This document shows positions 1-52,396 of a stretch of 64,000 nt of DNA, one piece after another; position 1 is the stretch's first letter; the number at the start of each line of letters is the position of its first letter. The DNA is from Lingula anatina. Its lineage: Eukaryota; Animalia; Brachiopoda. A model generated the notes under the pieces. The model had not been told where the DNA came from. It saw only the letters and a program-made list of their open reading frames with translations, and did not search any database. The position numbers and the translations under genes were made by a program. The DNA is taken from NCBI GenBank assembly GCA_051362555.1, contig CM120645.1:24518934-24582933 (forward strand), read 5' to 3'.

Positions 1-262
1 GCCAGTTGTATACAGCCTCACTTAGACTGGGTTCCCATACATAGATCAATCTAACAGGATCGATCTATCCATATAAAGCCTCACTTTCTCTGTATGCAGA
101 AATTTACAAATGCAGTATTTCTACAAGTCTTTCCTCTGTCAGAAGCATTTTGAATATTATTTGATGTGACCATTTAGTGTTTTATATATCCTGACAAAAA
201 TTTAGCTTAGAGCACAGTAATCTACATAAAGATTCTGGAGTATTTGGTTGCTGTGATTTCAG

Positions 263-3200
263 ACAAAATTCTCAGAGTGCCAAGGAGGCCGCGCCCCCTC
301 CGGAGCAGTTCCAGCGTATTTGTAGTGACTGTGAGGAGGACGGGGACAAAGTGATGATGGAGGTGCCTTATATCAGTACTCACCCACAGCCAGCAGCAGT
401 AAGTACTGGGGACATATACCTAAGACAACTTTGAGATGAAAGATCTTAGTCTGCTTTGGCTTAAGATGAATCAGATAACTCCCTCAAATTGAATATTTTT
501 TCAGTAGCCAGAAATACTTCAATGGCAAATGTTTTAGGTCACTGGTTGCCCACATTTAGTTAACCACTGGGAGATAGAAGTTGATCTGAAATAGTACACA
601 ATGTTCAGTCAAGGCCGTATACTGTCAATATTTTATTAACTACGTCCTGATACCTACTCTGTTTCCAGGTCAATCACTTTGGTGCCCGCATCTTCACCAA
701 TGACGCGAGCGGCCGTCTGCAGGGCCCCGGTTGTTACGTCTTCAGTCGCAAGTTTGACTTTGCCAGAGCAGTTGTCCGCAGCACACTGGAGAAACACCTG
801 CAGCCTTGTAAAACTGAACCTCCAGTCAAGTGAGTGAAAAACACACCATGAAATAAATCATAATTCACGTAGAACAAAATTATTTATTGACTACAAATTG
901 TACTCAGAATTGGAAGCAAGTGCAGGCAACAGTTCCAGGAAAAATGTCATTTTCAGTGGCTAACATCTTAGTTACCAATGTTACATGGACACGTTTACAC
1001 ATCATGGGAGAAAATTGTTTGTTGTCAAAGAAGACATGATTTGGAACAGAAATCCCATATAAAATATCTTTAATCTTGAAAACTTAAAATCAGTGAAAAG
1101 CTCCATATACTGGTTTTGTTTGCAATGTGTAGCTACAAGATTTGCCAAAGCAAAGAATTACATAGATTTGTAAACTTCTTCTTTCATCAGTTTTGGTGCT
1201 GGGACATTAGGCCACACTTTTTTAATTTTATGGATGACATCCTGCGCGCGCACGGATTTTCGCCCGTTCTCCAAAAAAAAAAAAAAAAAAAAGCCCCCCC
1301 CCAGCCCCCAACGAAGTCGGTTGTCGCAAACGTTGTTATTGAATTTGCAAGGAAATGAGCTTTCTGCGCATGCGTATTTTCGCCACGTGGAAATGCGGCC
1401 ACTTTGCTGTCAAATTCATCTCTAGGATTACTTTCAAATTACACAACAATAAAAGTCATCAAGAGAACGGGCGCCATCGTTTTGGATTGGTATGCCATTG
1501 ATATTGGGCATGGAGATATCACCTTTTTATAATTGTGCGAAAGGCACGTACGCAAGTGTCTCGATTTCATGGCCCCGTATCTCGAAATAGAATCGGTTAT
1601 GGAATCGAGACACTAACACGCGTGCGCAACATAGCGAACCTTTCGAGATACGGAGCCCAGGTTTTCTGTAGCGAAAAAAGGGTCGACAAGGGCGTCGAGG
1701 TATTTGGTGGGCTGAAGGTCGGACAGGCCACCTGACAGTTTAGCTGCTTCGTGTGAGTTGAAGTTGACAAAATGGCATCGTCTGAAATGACCTTTAATAG
1801 ATTTGGTAGTATTAAGCATATCTTTGCATCATTTTTTAAACATTTCTATGAAGTGTTCAAAATGTTTTAATATTCTGAGAATACAAATAAAGACGCACTG
1901 TTTGATTGATATTTGTTTTATTGATTGCTATACCAAATGAATGCATGAAATAACCTTAAATAGATTTGGTAATATGAAGTATATCAATTCATGACTTTTT
2001 TTTACATTTCTACGAAGTATTCACAATGCTTTAAATAATATTTTGAGAGCATGGATAAAGACATATTGTTAGTTTGATACGTGTTTCTGTGGTTAAATTT
2101 GTGTTTCCAGCTGTGTACTGACAGCATTCCTTTACTTAAGCATTTTTTTTTTGGACTGTTTTTTTTTTTTTCGCCCTCTCGCACCGATTTTGGGGTACCC
2201 AGAGGATGTCATCCATAAAAATAAAAAAGTGTGGCCTTACTTGAATATTTTCATTATTCTTGCAGAAAAAGATGTGTGGAAGCCAAATTGCCCAAAGACC
2301 CACAACATGTATCCACAGCATCAAAAGATCCATATGACTTCAATATACTGGAGTCCACAGCAGCAGGCCGCATGGCTCATACAGGCAGTTCCAGTGCAGC
2401 AGGTCGTGTGGCTCATACAGGCAGTTCCAGTGCAAAATCCAAGTCCAACTCTGCAGCAAATAAAAACAGTAATGGGCACAGCAGTCATAATAACAATAAT
2501 AATAAGTCAAAAGACTCCAATATAACAACAATGCGTAGCTTAGGAGGGGATGGAGGCAATAGTAATCATAGTAGTAATCAGAAAAGGAAAAGATCTGGAA
2601 GTAGAGACACCAGTGTACACAATATGCTGCCTGCTAGCAGTGTGGCTCCCAGTGCTGTAGCAGCCAGTACAGCCCCCACTGTGCCAACTGCTGGGGCAGG
2701 TCAGTTTACTCACATCACAGGGGGGATATTACTGAACTCTGGGGGGAGCTCTGTGCCCCTAGCCATCCCTGCTGGCTTCAGTCTTAACTTAGCAGGGGCC
2801 AACATTGGCAACCTGACCATGGCCCAGTCTGCTAATAGACAACTGGTGAAGAACTTTGTAGTGGCCAACATTGATGGGAGTGGCTTTGCTAATGGTCAGT
2901 TGGTCAGTTTTTCCTCCAATGACCAGCTCCAAGGGGGAACAACAATCACCACATCGCCTCATCAGCAGAACGGGATAGTAGACGGACAGCAGCAGTTACA
3001 ACATGGTGCCAAAGCTGTAATAGGACTTAATGCCAAGAAGCCCCCACCCCAGGGTGTGGGTGGAGGGGGTGGCTTCCTCCCCCGGGGAGTACCTGCTCTG
3101 AACAGCCTTCCTGCCTCAGGCCTTGCCAATACCACTGTGCTCATTGATGCCAATGCCCCTCTCAATGCAATCCTCACTCCTGTAGCTGTCACTGGAGGGA

Positions 3201-4658
3201 ACCTCATTGCTGGTGCTGCTGCTAATCCTGTGAACACCACTGGTGTCAGTATTACATCACCACAGCAATCCAGTCCTGCCACCACACCTAGTCCTAACTT
3301 GAGAGCAGTGAGTAGGGAGAACATACACTGATAACCATAGTGAACAACACCTTGATGACAGTGGGTGCATTCACTGTGAATCTATTGTACTGAATGCAAT
3401 TAGATAAACAGATGAACACATCCACTCTCATTTCCAGCGTACTCATATAATCACCAGCTTTTCTGTATTCTACTTGACGCCAGGAGAAAGCATGTTAATC
3501 TGTTTATAGGGGGCAGTCTCCACTAAGATAGGTCGAACTTCAAGTACAATAGTTTAATTGTGAACGCACCCACTGAATTGTGTTTTGGTTTATTATCAGC
3601 AATATCATTTTATATTGAACATTTTTATATCCATTTATAGTGTGCCATGCAGATTGAACTATAAATATATATTTATAATGTTTATGTTCACTTGTAGGGT
3701 TCTGTCAGTGATATAATGTTTATGTTCACTTGTAGGGTTCTGTCAGTGATATAATGTTTATGTTCACTTGTAGGGTTCTGTCAGTGATATAATGTTTATG
3801 TTCACTTGTAGGGTTCTGTCAGTGATATAATGTTTATGTTTACTTGTAGGGTTCTGTCAGTGATATAATGTTTATGTTCACTTGTAGGGTTCTGTCAGTC
3901 CACCTGTTGGGTCTCCTCTCCCTAATGGCATAATTCCTTCTCCTTCTGCTGCCAGTAGTAAAGGTTTCACTCTCAACCACCTAACAGCGAGTATGGCCCT
4001 GAGTCCTGTTGGTCATAACAGCAGTCCCAGTCCTAGCTCTTCTAGTGTATCTGACACAGGAGGTGGAAATAAAGGTAAGCTGTACCAGGTTATAAATATC
4101 ATTTAAATCTTCAATATAATCAGTCATAACATCAGTCCCAGTCCTAGCTCTTCTAGTGTGTCTGACACATATATTACTTCTCAGGTGATTTTGGCAAAGA
4201 CTAATATTTAAGCCTTCAGATAACCATAATGATTTGTTATATAACACTTATGAAATGTAACACTTCACCCAGTGTTACATTTCATTATAATTAACACTTG
4301 AACTATTCCAGGTAAAACATCCAGCAATCCCACAGGACGCTTTAACATCAATGACAAGACGCGGTTCAATGTGACCTATCAGAAGTCACTCCAGCAGGCG
4401 CAGCAGCAGGCAGCACTAGCAACGGGCGCCGGGAACAAGAAACTGAACAATTACCAACAGGTGTACCCAGGTCTGCAGCAGCACGCGGGTCAGCTGAGAG
4501 GACTGTCAGGGAAACAGAAAGTGAACCCCATGAACCTCCAGCACCTGTCTCTTCCTCTGAGTTCTAGTCAGCAGCAACCTCTATTTCTCTCTGATGATCA
4601 TCATAAACAACAGATACAGCCCCAGATGCAGCATTCCCCCTCAGGAATGATCTCCTAA
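263..4658 (+). CDS. ATXN7: Ataxin-7 family (ATXN7/ATXN7L1-like, SAGA DUB module) gene, 3' part; exons ~263-398, 669-829, 2266-3307, 3888-4074, 4312-4658; 5' exons lie upstream of the window
   Basis: Spliced translation HPQPAAVNHFGARIFTND...GCYVFSRKFDFARAVVRSTLEKHL resembles the conserved ataxin-7 block (HPQPASFCTFGSR..GYYVFD.RW.R.R.AL..MVEKHL). GT-AG sites keep the frame across all five exons; low-complexity Ser/Asn/Gln C-terminus; stop at 4656-4658. Confidence 0.72.
1210..2236. mobile_element. Non-autonomous DNA transposon (MITE), PIF/Harbinger-like, in ATXN7-like intron
   Basis: Terminal inverted repeats ggccacactttttt..ttttatggatgacatcct (1210-1243) and aggatgtcatccataaaa..aaaaaagtgtggcc (2202-2236); TTA on both flanks (1207-1209, 2237-2239); no long ORF. 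Confidence 0.8.
3674..3899 (+). repeat. 38-bp tandem repeat (6 copies) containing the 3' splice site plus the first 12 nt of the ATXN7-like exon
   Basis: Unit gatataatgtttatgttcacttgtag|ggttctgtcagt; the last copy continues into the exon at 3888. Confidence 0.95.
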
Positions 4659-7600
4659 CACCAGGTCCTGGCAGGAATGCTGCCACTGTAGTCTGACCAG
4701 GAAAGAAGTGGGAGAACTGGGAAAACTGGGAGATCTGGGAAGGGACTGATGTTATTGTATTGTTCAGCAGGTGACAGACCCAGGGACACTTTAGATATTC
4801 TGCTGTCATCATACCTCCAGTGATGTGTGCAGAGAAGATATGGTGTGCTGGTGTTTATATGGATGAAATTAGTACTGTGAGCAATGCATGGAACGTTTTA
4901 TGGAAAAGAGAAGAAAACTTTGAAAAAATATGTTTTGACTTTCAATGTAAGTAGCATAATTTTGAACTCCTGTTTGTCATGCATGTTGTACTGACAGAAA
5001 GTTTAGGTGACTTCTACTCTTTGTTTTCACAAAAAGGATGACTTCTACTATTTGTTTTCATGTGAAATTAAGATGACCCTTCCACTCTTTCTAGTTTGCT
5101 CAAGTGTTGAGGTATTCAACAAGGGTATTTTCAGGATATAATCCACAGACACTAGCATTATTAGCCAGGGATGACGCTGCAGTGCAGGTCACCCAGACTT
5201 ACTCTGAGATTTCTGAACAATACGCTTCATTAACAGCTCTCGCCTCTCGTCTCAGAAGGCTACCAGTATTTTGAAATAACCTGAGATTTATAAGCATTAC
5301 AAGTACACATTCAAACAGTCTTTGAAGAAGTATTCAAGTTAATCCCACATCATGGTGCTAGTTGCTATTATGGAGGAGGTAAGAGCCCAGTGGTTTCTAT
5401 GGTGTCTTTGATCTCTGGGTCACAGGTCCTCCTAGGTCAGGAAATACAGATCAGCCTGGGAGTTGTTAACAGACCCAGAAAACAAGAAATGAATGAATCC
5501 TATTTTGCAGAAATGTGGAAAATGTTGAAGCTATGTAAATATATTGTCTTATTTTTATACATAAAAATTGTAATGACTCCATTTTCTATAAAAAAAAAAA
5601 CATGACAGTTACCAAGATGTGTTTATGTTTGTGTATTGAACACAGATTACATGTTTTCTTGTTGTTATTTTGTTTTAAAGTTGTAGTTGTGCTCAGTATT
5701 TCCAAGTTATTTGTTTGATATGACCAAGATTTATTTCAGCCTTCTGTTCATGGGCTTACACATGTGTTAAGGAAGTTCATTTTTTTTTTTCATTTTATTG
5801 ATAATGCAATGATCATGTATGTTTCTCACTCTTGTATGGCATACAGTGTTCTAGGTTCTGCAGTGAAGTCTAGGGCAAAGTAAGATTCTCAGCTGAGTAA
5901 ATTTATACAGCTGCTGTGACCATTTTTTTTTTTTTTTTTTTTGACAGTTTCAGTGCTCATTTCTCAGGCTTTTAATTAAAAAACTACAAAGCCATTTTAG
6001 GTGTTTAAAAGCCCAGTGTAATTGAAGTTGTTTAATTTTTTCCCCAAAATTTAGAATATCAAGATGTTTGCACAGTTAAAGAACAGGTCTATATGAACAG
6101 CGTGTTAGTTGGATGGAACATCCTGTCACAGGGCCATATCATTTTCTCTTTTATTATTTTGTATCATGTCAAAGCAAGCTTTTCTCTTCTCATTGATTTC
6201 AAATACAAGAACTTGGCATTTAGACTGCTTGTCCTCTCATTTTTGGGTATATTTGTTAGGATTGGGGGGGGGGGCTTTTTGAGGGTTGAGATGGGGGTGA
6301 TCTTATCTTTTGTAGTTCTGTGATAAAATTTTGCACTTGGTCCAAGCCACATATGCATAATCTGAAGATTTTCTTCTCTAACCTTCTAACAAACATGCTT
6401 TGACTTAAGTGACATTTTTGTGGCAAGCTGTTTCCACGAGTGCCTGGATGGGAATATCTTTCAGGAAAAGCAATGTCATTGTTAGAAAATTACAATTTTT
6501 TTGTCATTTGTCTCTGTCACTTAATAACAAATTAGATGTGAGAACAATGCACAAATAACATCCTTTATACAGTGCCCAGAGTTGCTTACTAGGTGATTGA
6601 GAAATATGGAACAGAAGGTTGTACTATTTTAAAGTTATTGGTTGATTTATTTATAAGGCCTTGTCTTGATACAATTCTTTGTAATTTTTTTCCTCTTTGA
6701 ATTTTGTTTTCATCTGTGATGTCCTTGCCAGATGCATGCTATATTTAGACCACTGAAACATCTCTGTTGCCATGTTTTGTTGCCATGGGTAACTGGTTCC
6801 ATACTGTTGCCATTGGTTACAGGTATTAAAGTATAAAATAGATGTTCAAGTCTTTCAATTGTGATAATCTGATGAGAAAAGTTGTAATATTATTGTGAAC
6901 TTAAACCTTTTCATGAAAAGTGTGCACTGTGAAAAGATTTGTGTTTGACCTGATAGCAAGGTTCTATTGGACGGTGCTTTGAACTGTTCTCCATGGAAAT
7001 TGATCTAGTTTTCATTTTTGTCCTGCCTGCAGCCACTGGACTAAAGCTGGAGAGAGGACATGAAGAGATGTAATTACTTAAATCATCACTGACACAAAAG
7101 GGCATATCAGCCACATTTGTATGTTTGTAAATAAATAATTTATACTGGTCATAAAGTTTATCTGGAGTTTGTTTTTTCTTTGGGTTAATGGGACCAACAG
7201 TGACCTCACTGGTCATGGCGCCGATGGCATAGAGAGCCTCATACCGTTTACTCTGATATAAAATAAGAAATGAAATCTTCAGACACCAAGATGATGGGAT
7301 TTATATTTTATTCTGTTCATGATATATACCAAGGAACTACTGTCTCCACAGTAGTCTATAAGAACATCTGGATAGTACCACCAGCAGCTGGTGAGCTTTC
7401 CATTATGATGTTCACACAGATGTAGTTCCATGGGTGTAGAGTAGATCTATATACACTGTACATATCAAACAACTGACTGGTAGCCATGGCAGAGTATCAG
7501 CTGAAATATCAGAAATTTAAATGATTTAACTGATTCATAAAAGGACCTGTATCAAAAGTCACTAGTATAACACATCAGATTCCCTTCAATGTGAACCAAC

Positions 7601-7784
7601 AACAGAACAGATTTCAAAATTACAATATGGAAAATGTCTTCCATGCAAATGTCTTTAGCATACAAAGATTCAAAAATGAAACATCCACATCTCTCTGATG
7701 TTCAAGTTAAGACAAGTGACCATAGTTTTCCACTATTTTCTGACCACTTGGTATGACCACTGAGACCACATAGCCAGGGCACCA

Positions 7785-8223
7785 ACCATGGTCAGGACAC
7801 TGACCACGGCTGGGACGCCGACCAAGGCCAGGACACTGACCACGGCTGGGACGCCGACCAAGGCCAGGACACTGACCACGCCTGGGACGCCGACCAAGGC
7901 CAGGACACTGACCATGGCCAGGACACTGACCACGCCTGGGACGCTGACCAAGGCCAGGACACTGACCATGGCCAGGACACTGACCACGCCTGGGACGCCG
8001 ACCAAGGCCAGGACACTGACCACGCCTGGGACGCCGACCAAGGCCAGGACACTGACCACGGCTGGGACGCCGACCAAGGCCAGGACACTGACCACGCCTG
8101 GGACGCCGACCACGGCCAGGACACTGACCACGCCTGGGACGCCGACCAAGGCCAGGACACTGACCATGGCCAGGACACTGACCACGCCTGGGACGCCGAC
8201 CAAGGCCAGGACACTGACCACGG
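7785..8223. repeat. GC-rich compound minisatellite (33-bp and 18-bp units) in the probable KDM5 3' UTR
   Basis: Units ggccaggacactgaccacgcctgggacgccgaccaa-like and ggccaggacactgaccat; the ORFs on both strands here are repeat artefacts. Confidence 0.9.
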
Positions 8224-8778
8224 CAGTCTGAACTTTGGTGATTTAATCTTTACAACTACCATCCTGACACAACAGTACTGAAACTAGCTTCAAATCACTT
8301 CTTAACAACACACTTTTGATTTTGTAATGTCTGAAATTATAGTTTAACTGTCTAAAGAGATGCCATTCCAATATTATTGCAGGAATAACAAGAGGACGTC
8401 ACTGTATGAAACTAGAAATACATCTTCTAGAAGGTCATCAAAAATGTCATCATCATCCAGAAAACAGAATCAATGTCATCCTCCAAACTTCCATTAACTG
8501 GGAGCAGTGTTTGAGCTGCCAACAGTTTTAACAAAATACTGGCAAGGATTTCAACAAAGCAGAGGACAACAGGATTCTTCTCTTGTCAACAGGTGTCGGC
8601 ACACATTCCCCTGGAGCAGTGCCAGTCAAGACAGTCCTGACTCCATACCACTGACTGAGGTTGTCTACATCAAATACCTGATGATGTATAAGACCACCTC
8701 ACTCTCAGTCCTCAGTGTTTACTTCTAAAATGCAGGTGTTTTGGTTAAATCAAATTTATTTCCTTTCTTCAGTTCTCA

Positions 8779-48083
<39,305 letters not shown>

Positions 48084-48803
48084 CAGTGACAGAGGATGCT
48101 GTAATAAAAGCTTGTTTCTTCAAATAGTCCATTTCTCCAAATAGTCCATTACTAGGGAGATGTTTTAAAAACATTAAATGCTAAAGGGAAATATGACCGA
48201 TTTCCGCAGTTTGTTAAAAATTTCAGGAGTTGATTTAATATCTTACTGTAGACTGAGTTGGAATGTAGAACTGCTTCAGAAGAAGAAGCATGTAAAATAC
48301 TCAACTTTGCATATGGTGTATTGATTTGTAAATTATGTCTGTTAGTCAAAATGTAGAATAAGGATTTGATAACATAGTTTGATTGGATTATCACAGATAA
48401 AAATTTTGATAATCTGTTTTACGTGTTTTAAGGTAGATTTATCTGTAATCCTAAGAAGAAAATAAATTCTTCTTGTACTCATTTTGAGCAGCTTTAATAA
48501 AATTTTCAATCATCTTTCAAGTATTTTTTTTTTCCAAAAAGTTGACTGTTAAACTTACTGTATGAGAAGGGCAGACAGATTGACATATTTCATGAAATGA
48601 GCAGATAAAATACTGCCCACAAACAAGCTCATTTGCAAAGGTTTTACTATTTTTAAACTTTTGGCAAAAATTTTTAGAAGCACCAGCAACAAGATTTCAA
48701 ACTTTTCTCTTTTTATCCCCGTACTGCTGTACCACAACCATGGAATATGATGGAGTAATCCCCAGAGCAACCCCATTAGTGTCAAAACCCATGCAATGCG
48801 CTT

Positions 48804-48844
<41 letters not shown>

Positions 48845-49647
48845 CATGTAAGGAAAAGTCTAGCCATAGACCATCTCAACCTTTATCATGATATTCTTTA
48901 TATCATCAGTTGTACACACTGGATCAAGTTGCAGATCAAGTGTTAGATGGTATTTACACCCAGTGCATGGACACTGATAAGAAGAGCATGTTTGAGTATT
49001 GACATTGCAGGGGGTTAAAATGATCACCTGAACTGTTTTTGTTACATTAGTACTTTTGTAGTCTGCCAATTATACAAACTTCTGCTATAAGGGAAGGTTA
49101 TCTGACTACGTTGCAACACACCTACGTTTCACTTGCGTCTCACAAATCGGGGAATCTCAAAACTCGTAGAACCTTCACAGCCTATAAATGATCAGTACTT
49201 TTGTAGTATCTCTACCCACATCCAAAACTTAAATTTTCAATGTTTATCAAGTAAGTCATTTCTATTTTTTTAACTTTCAAACTCTTTGACCAATGTGATT
49301 ATGCCATTTTTTCACACCTGCTGTGGCTTTAGTTCATAAATTTGGATAGGCCTGAAATTTCTTGTATAAACATTTTATAAAATAATGGTGAATAACCTAA
49401 CTCATTAATTTTTATAGACAAAACACATCAATTTTTAGTCACCATGTGACTGAATTTAAAAAAGATGTTTTTAAAAATCAATGACTTTTAGTGCTTAATG
49501 ATCTAGCAAAAGAAAAAAACAAAGGGGTAATTTTTTTTTTTTTCAAATGAATATTGATTTTATTCGATGGAAACTTTCAAAAAAGAAAAACAAATTAATG
49601 AAAGTTACGGATTTATGTTAAATTGCTTATTTCCCAAAGCTTTCCGG

Positions 49648-49796
49648 TCTATAAACCCCTGTTATAAACTTATGGAGTGTCTGGGCGTCCTCTCCAACAG
49701 TTTGCAGCGCTAACTGGGAGAGCGGCTCATCTTGGCAAGTCAATTAACGGCTGCGTAGACGAGCACTTCCGTAACACTGTTTACAAGCAAATTCAG
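49648..49796 (+). promoter_or_regulatory. Probable promoter and non-coding first exon of the BAP31-like gene
   Basis: TATAAA boxes near 49650 and 49664, CpG-rich patch, strong donor cag|gtaaga at 49797; the next acceptor candidate (tagcag, 51415-51420) directly precedes the ATG. Confidence 0.5.
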
Positions 49797-50535
49797 GTAA
49801 GATATTTAATTTTACAACCAATATTAGTCGCTATTGTCATAACTTGGGATATTGAGCATTTACCATCTTCATATTTGTGGGCATTTTCACGCGTTCAAGT
49901 GTTTTTAAGTGAGGCTGCGTCACATGCAAATGCCTGCATTGGGCTGGTCGTGCAAATGAGGAAATGCAGAGAATAAACTGTGATCTCACTCCGGTTACTC
50001 CCAGAAACGTTCTCCTGAGCAGACTTTGAAAGTCAGCATTGATATAACCTACATTCCTTTTCTTTGTCATGACAGTGAGCTGTCGTCATATGTAAGTGTC
50101 TGTCTCCCGCATGGTTTCTTGTGATTGGAGCCGACAAATGCAAGCTCTGTCACATGTATTTTTAGACAATAACACGTCATCGCACTTTAAGATCAAATAA
50201 ATCTATATAATTGTCATCCAGTACATTCTGCATTCGTTGGAAAATATTTTCATTGTTTGGCTTTGCCGCTACTTAATTGAGAATAAGCAGTAAGTAATAA
50301 TTACTAATTTAACTGTTTAGATATCTGTCTAACTTTATAATATCCCACTCCTACTTAAATTTTTAAGACGTGGGAGAAACCGAGGTTGTGATTAATAAGC
50401 ATTATGGTAATTTCATGTAAACTATATATAATCAGTGTTTGAGATTTTTAAAGTTTTGGATACAGTGTTTGAGTGAAAAGCTTAACTGATATTTATTAGC
50501 ATTGTGGAAATAAGAAGTTTTTTAAATATGTTTTA

Positions 50536-50836
50536 GGGGCCATTCAGAACGAGAAGAGTCGTGTGCTAGGTGGTCCACGGCCTAAATATGGCAGACCTAT
50601 ATGAAAGGAAGATCGCTTAATCCTGTAATGGTCTCTGTGCCTCCCCACATGTCGTCCTATGACCGGTCACATTGAGGCAAGATTTAATTACTGTGCCCCT
50701 GCAGGGACAACGTGTTGGGAGGCGTGAAAGAGGCAGAGAGACTATTACAGGATTAAGCAGTCTTCCTTTCATGTAGATCCTCCATATTTAGGCCTTGGAC
50801 CAGCTAGCACTGGGCTTTTCTCATTTTGAATGGGCC
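50536..50836. mobile_element. Imperfect palindromic MITE with TTA flanks (Harbinger-like)
   Basis: Inverted segments such as ggcctaaatatgg/ccatatttaggcc, tgaaaggaaga/tcttcctttca and gcttaatcctgtaat/attacaggattaagc. Confidence 0.75.
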
Positions 50837-51422
50837 TTAGTTGTTTTATATTGCTATGTGAAAGATTTTAAAATGCCATTGTATTCCTAATGTCTGAGTG
50901 TGATTCAATGTCACATATTATCAGGGAAAGTTCCTTGATAATGTCCTACATATTTAAACTGAATGATACTGTGGAATGACATAGGGTCTATGTAACATGA
51001 GATAATCCTTCAAGATATTTGAAATTATATGAATACATACTTGGAAAGATTATCAAATCATATAGTATTTGATATCATGGTATTTACCAAAGATTAAGTT
51101 ATCAAATGAGACAACTCACTGTACAGGTTTATGTACAAGGAAAAAGACACACTTTTCAATGGCTGGTGAAAAATATTTTTAATGCACACTCACTGCAAGC
51201 TATAATATTCCTGAAGAATTAAGGCTTGAGTAGAGGTGAAGGATGAATCTATTTACAATAAAAGGTAATGGTTCAAAAGGAGACCAAAATTGAATGTGAG
51301 AAAACTGTAGGGTTTTAGGTTCTCATCCAACCATTTGATATCATAAAGCATGTACAATTGAAATACCTTATACAAGATGAAAGCAATCTTAATATATCTT
51401 TATTGTATTTATTTTAGCAGAG

Positions 51423-51514
51423 ATGAGTTTCCAGTGGACATTTATAGCAACATTTCTCTATGTGGAGATCTTCCTAGTGGTGCTCTTGTTACTGCCCTTT
51501 ATTTCACCAACGAC
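51423..51514 (+). CDS. BCAP31: First coding exon of a B-cell receptor-associated protein 31/29-like ER membrane protein; remaining exons not found in the window
   Basis: MSFQWTFIATFLYVEIFLVVLLLLPFISPT followed by |gtaagt; matches the recalled BAP31 N-terminus MSLQWTAVATFLYAEVFVVLLLCIPFISP. Missed by the ORF track. Confidence 0.85.
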
Positions 51515-51524
51515 GTAAGTAGAA

Positions 51525-51580
<56 letters not shown>

Positions 51581-52396
51581 ATGCGTACATTGGTGTGTAT
51601 GTCTGCATGTACAGTACTTGTGTGCATGTGTTTATATTGTGTGTTGTTTTTCACCACATGCCATTGTTTCAGAAATTAAACTTTCTCAAGAGCAACATAC
51701 ATCTGTCATTTTATATAAATATTGTAAAAACCCTTAGTAATAAAATGATAGTTTCTAAGAATGGAATTATACATGAAACAGATGGTTGTTATTCCATCAA
51801 CATCTTCAATGTGGAGAGCCATTGGTCTTATATCCTACATAAATCAGATATCCACAAATATTTATTTGTTATTAGTATAAATTTAAAAAAAGCTGTTTTA
51901 GCTTATTTTGCCAAGATATTATTGATGTTGTAAAGAGCATATATTATTTGATTAATGAAAAGAAATGAGGGACTGACATTTTCAACGTCATGTAGGGACA
52001 TGCATATGTAATTTTAAAGTTTATCATTTATGTTTTTGAGCATGTGCCTCCATGAAGATACTGTAAAATAATTTTATGTAATAAAATGTAAAGATAAAGT
52101 GGAGAAAGATGATAGATAAGTAAGAAAAGTAGAGATCTAGATGGATAAAAGGATGAGGAGTAAAGAATGAGTAAGTAGTTATCAGTTATACCAGGTATAC
52201 CAGCAGTATCTATCTTGGTAATGGACCTGCTGTGCTCTCGGTGTAAACAGAGCAATATTGAGTTTACTAATTATTAAATACACAGCAGTATGTGTTTGTG
52301 TTGTCTGTACATATTATATATGCCATATTATCTGACTGTACACAGCACAGTGCTGATATGAGAGTGACTACATTTAGTGAAAACATTAATATAGCA

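Noticed and set aside
5165-5290. Possible C/D snoRNA or SECIS-like element in the ATXN7-like 3' UTR
   Set aside because: Box motifs are incomplete and there is no convincing terminal stem.
7733-8262. Three overlapping repetitive ORFs (TLTTPGTPTKAR, VVSVLALVGVP, WSVSWPWSASQ)
   Set aside because: By-products of a stop-free 33/18-bp minisatellite; no splice or domain support.
48555-51933. CVCVCV / THTHTH ORFs
   Set aside because: Translations of (CA)n and (TG)n microsatellites.
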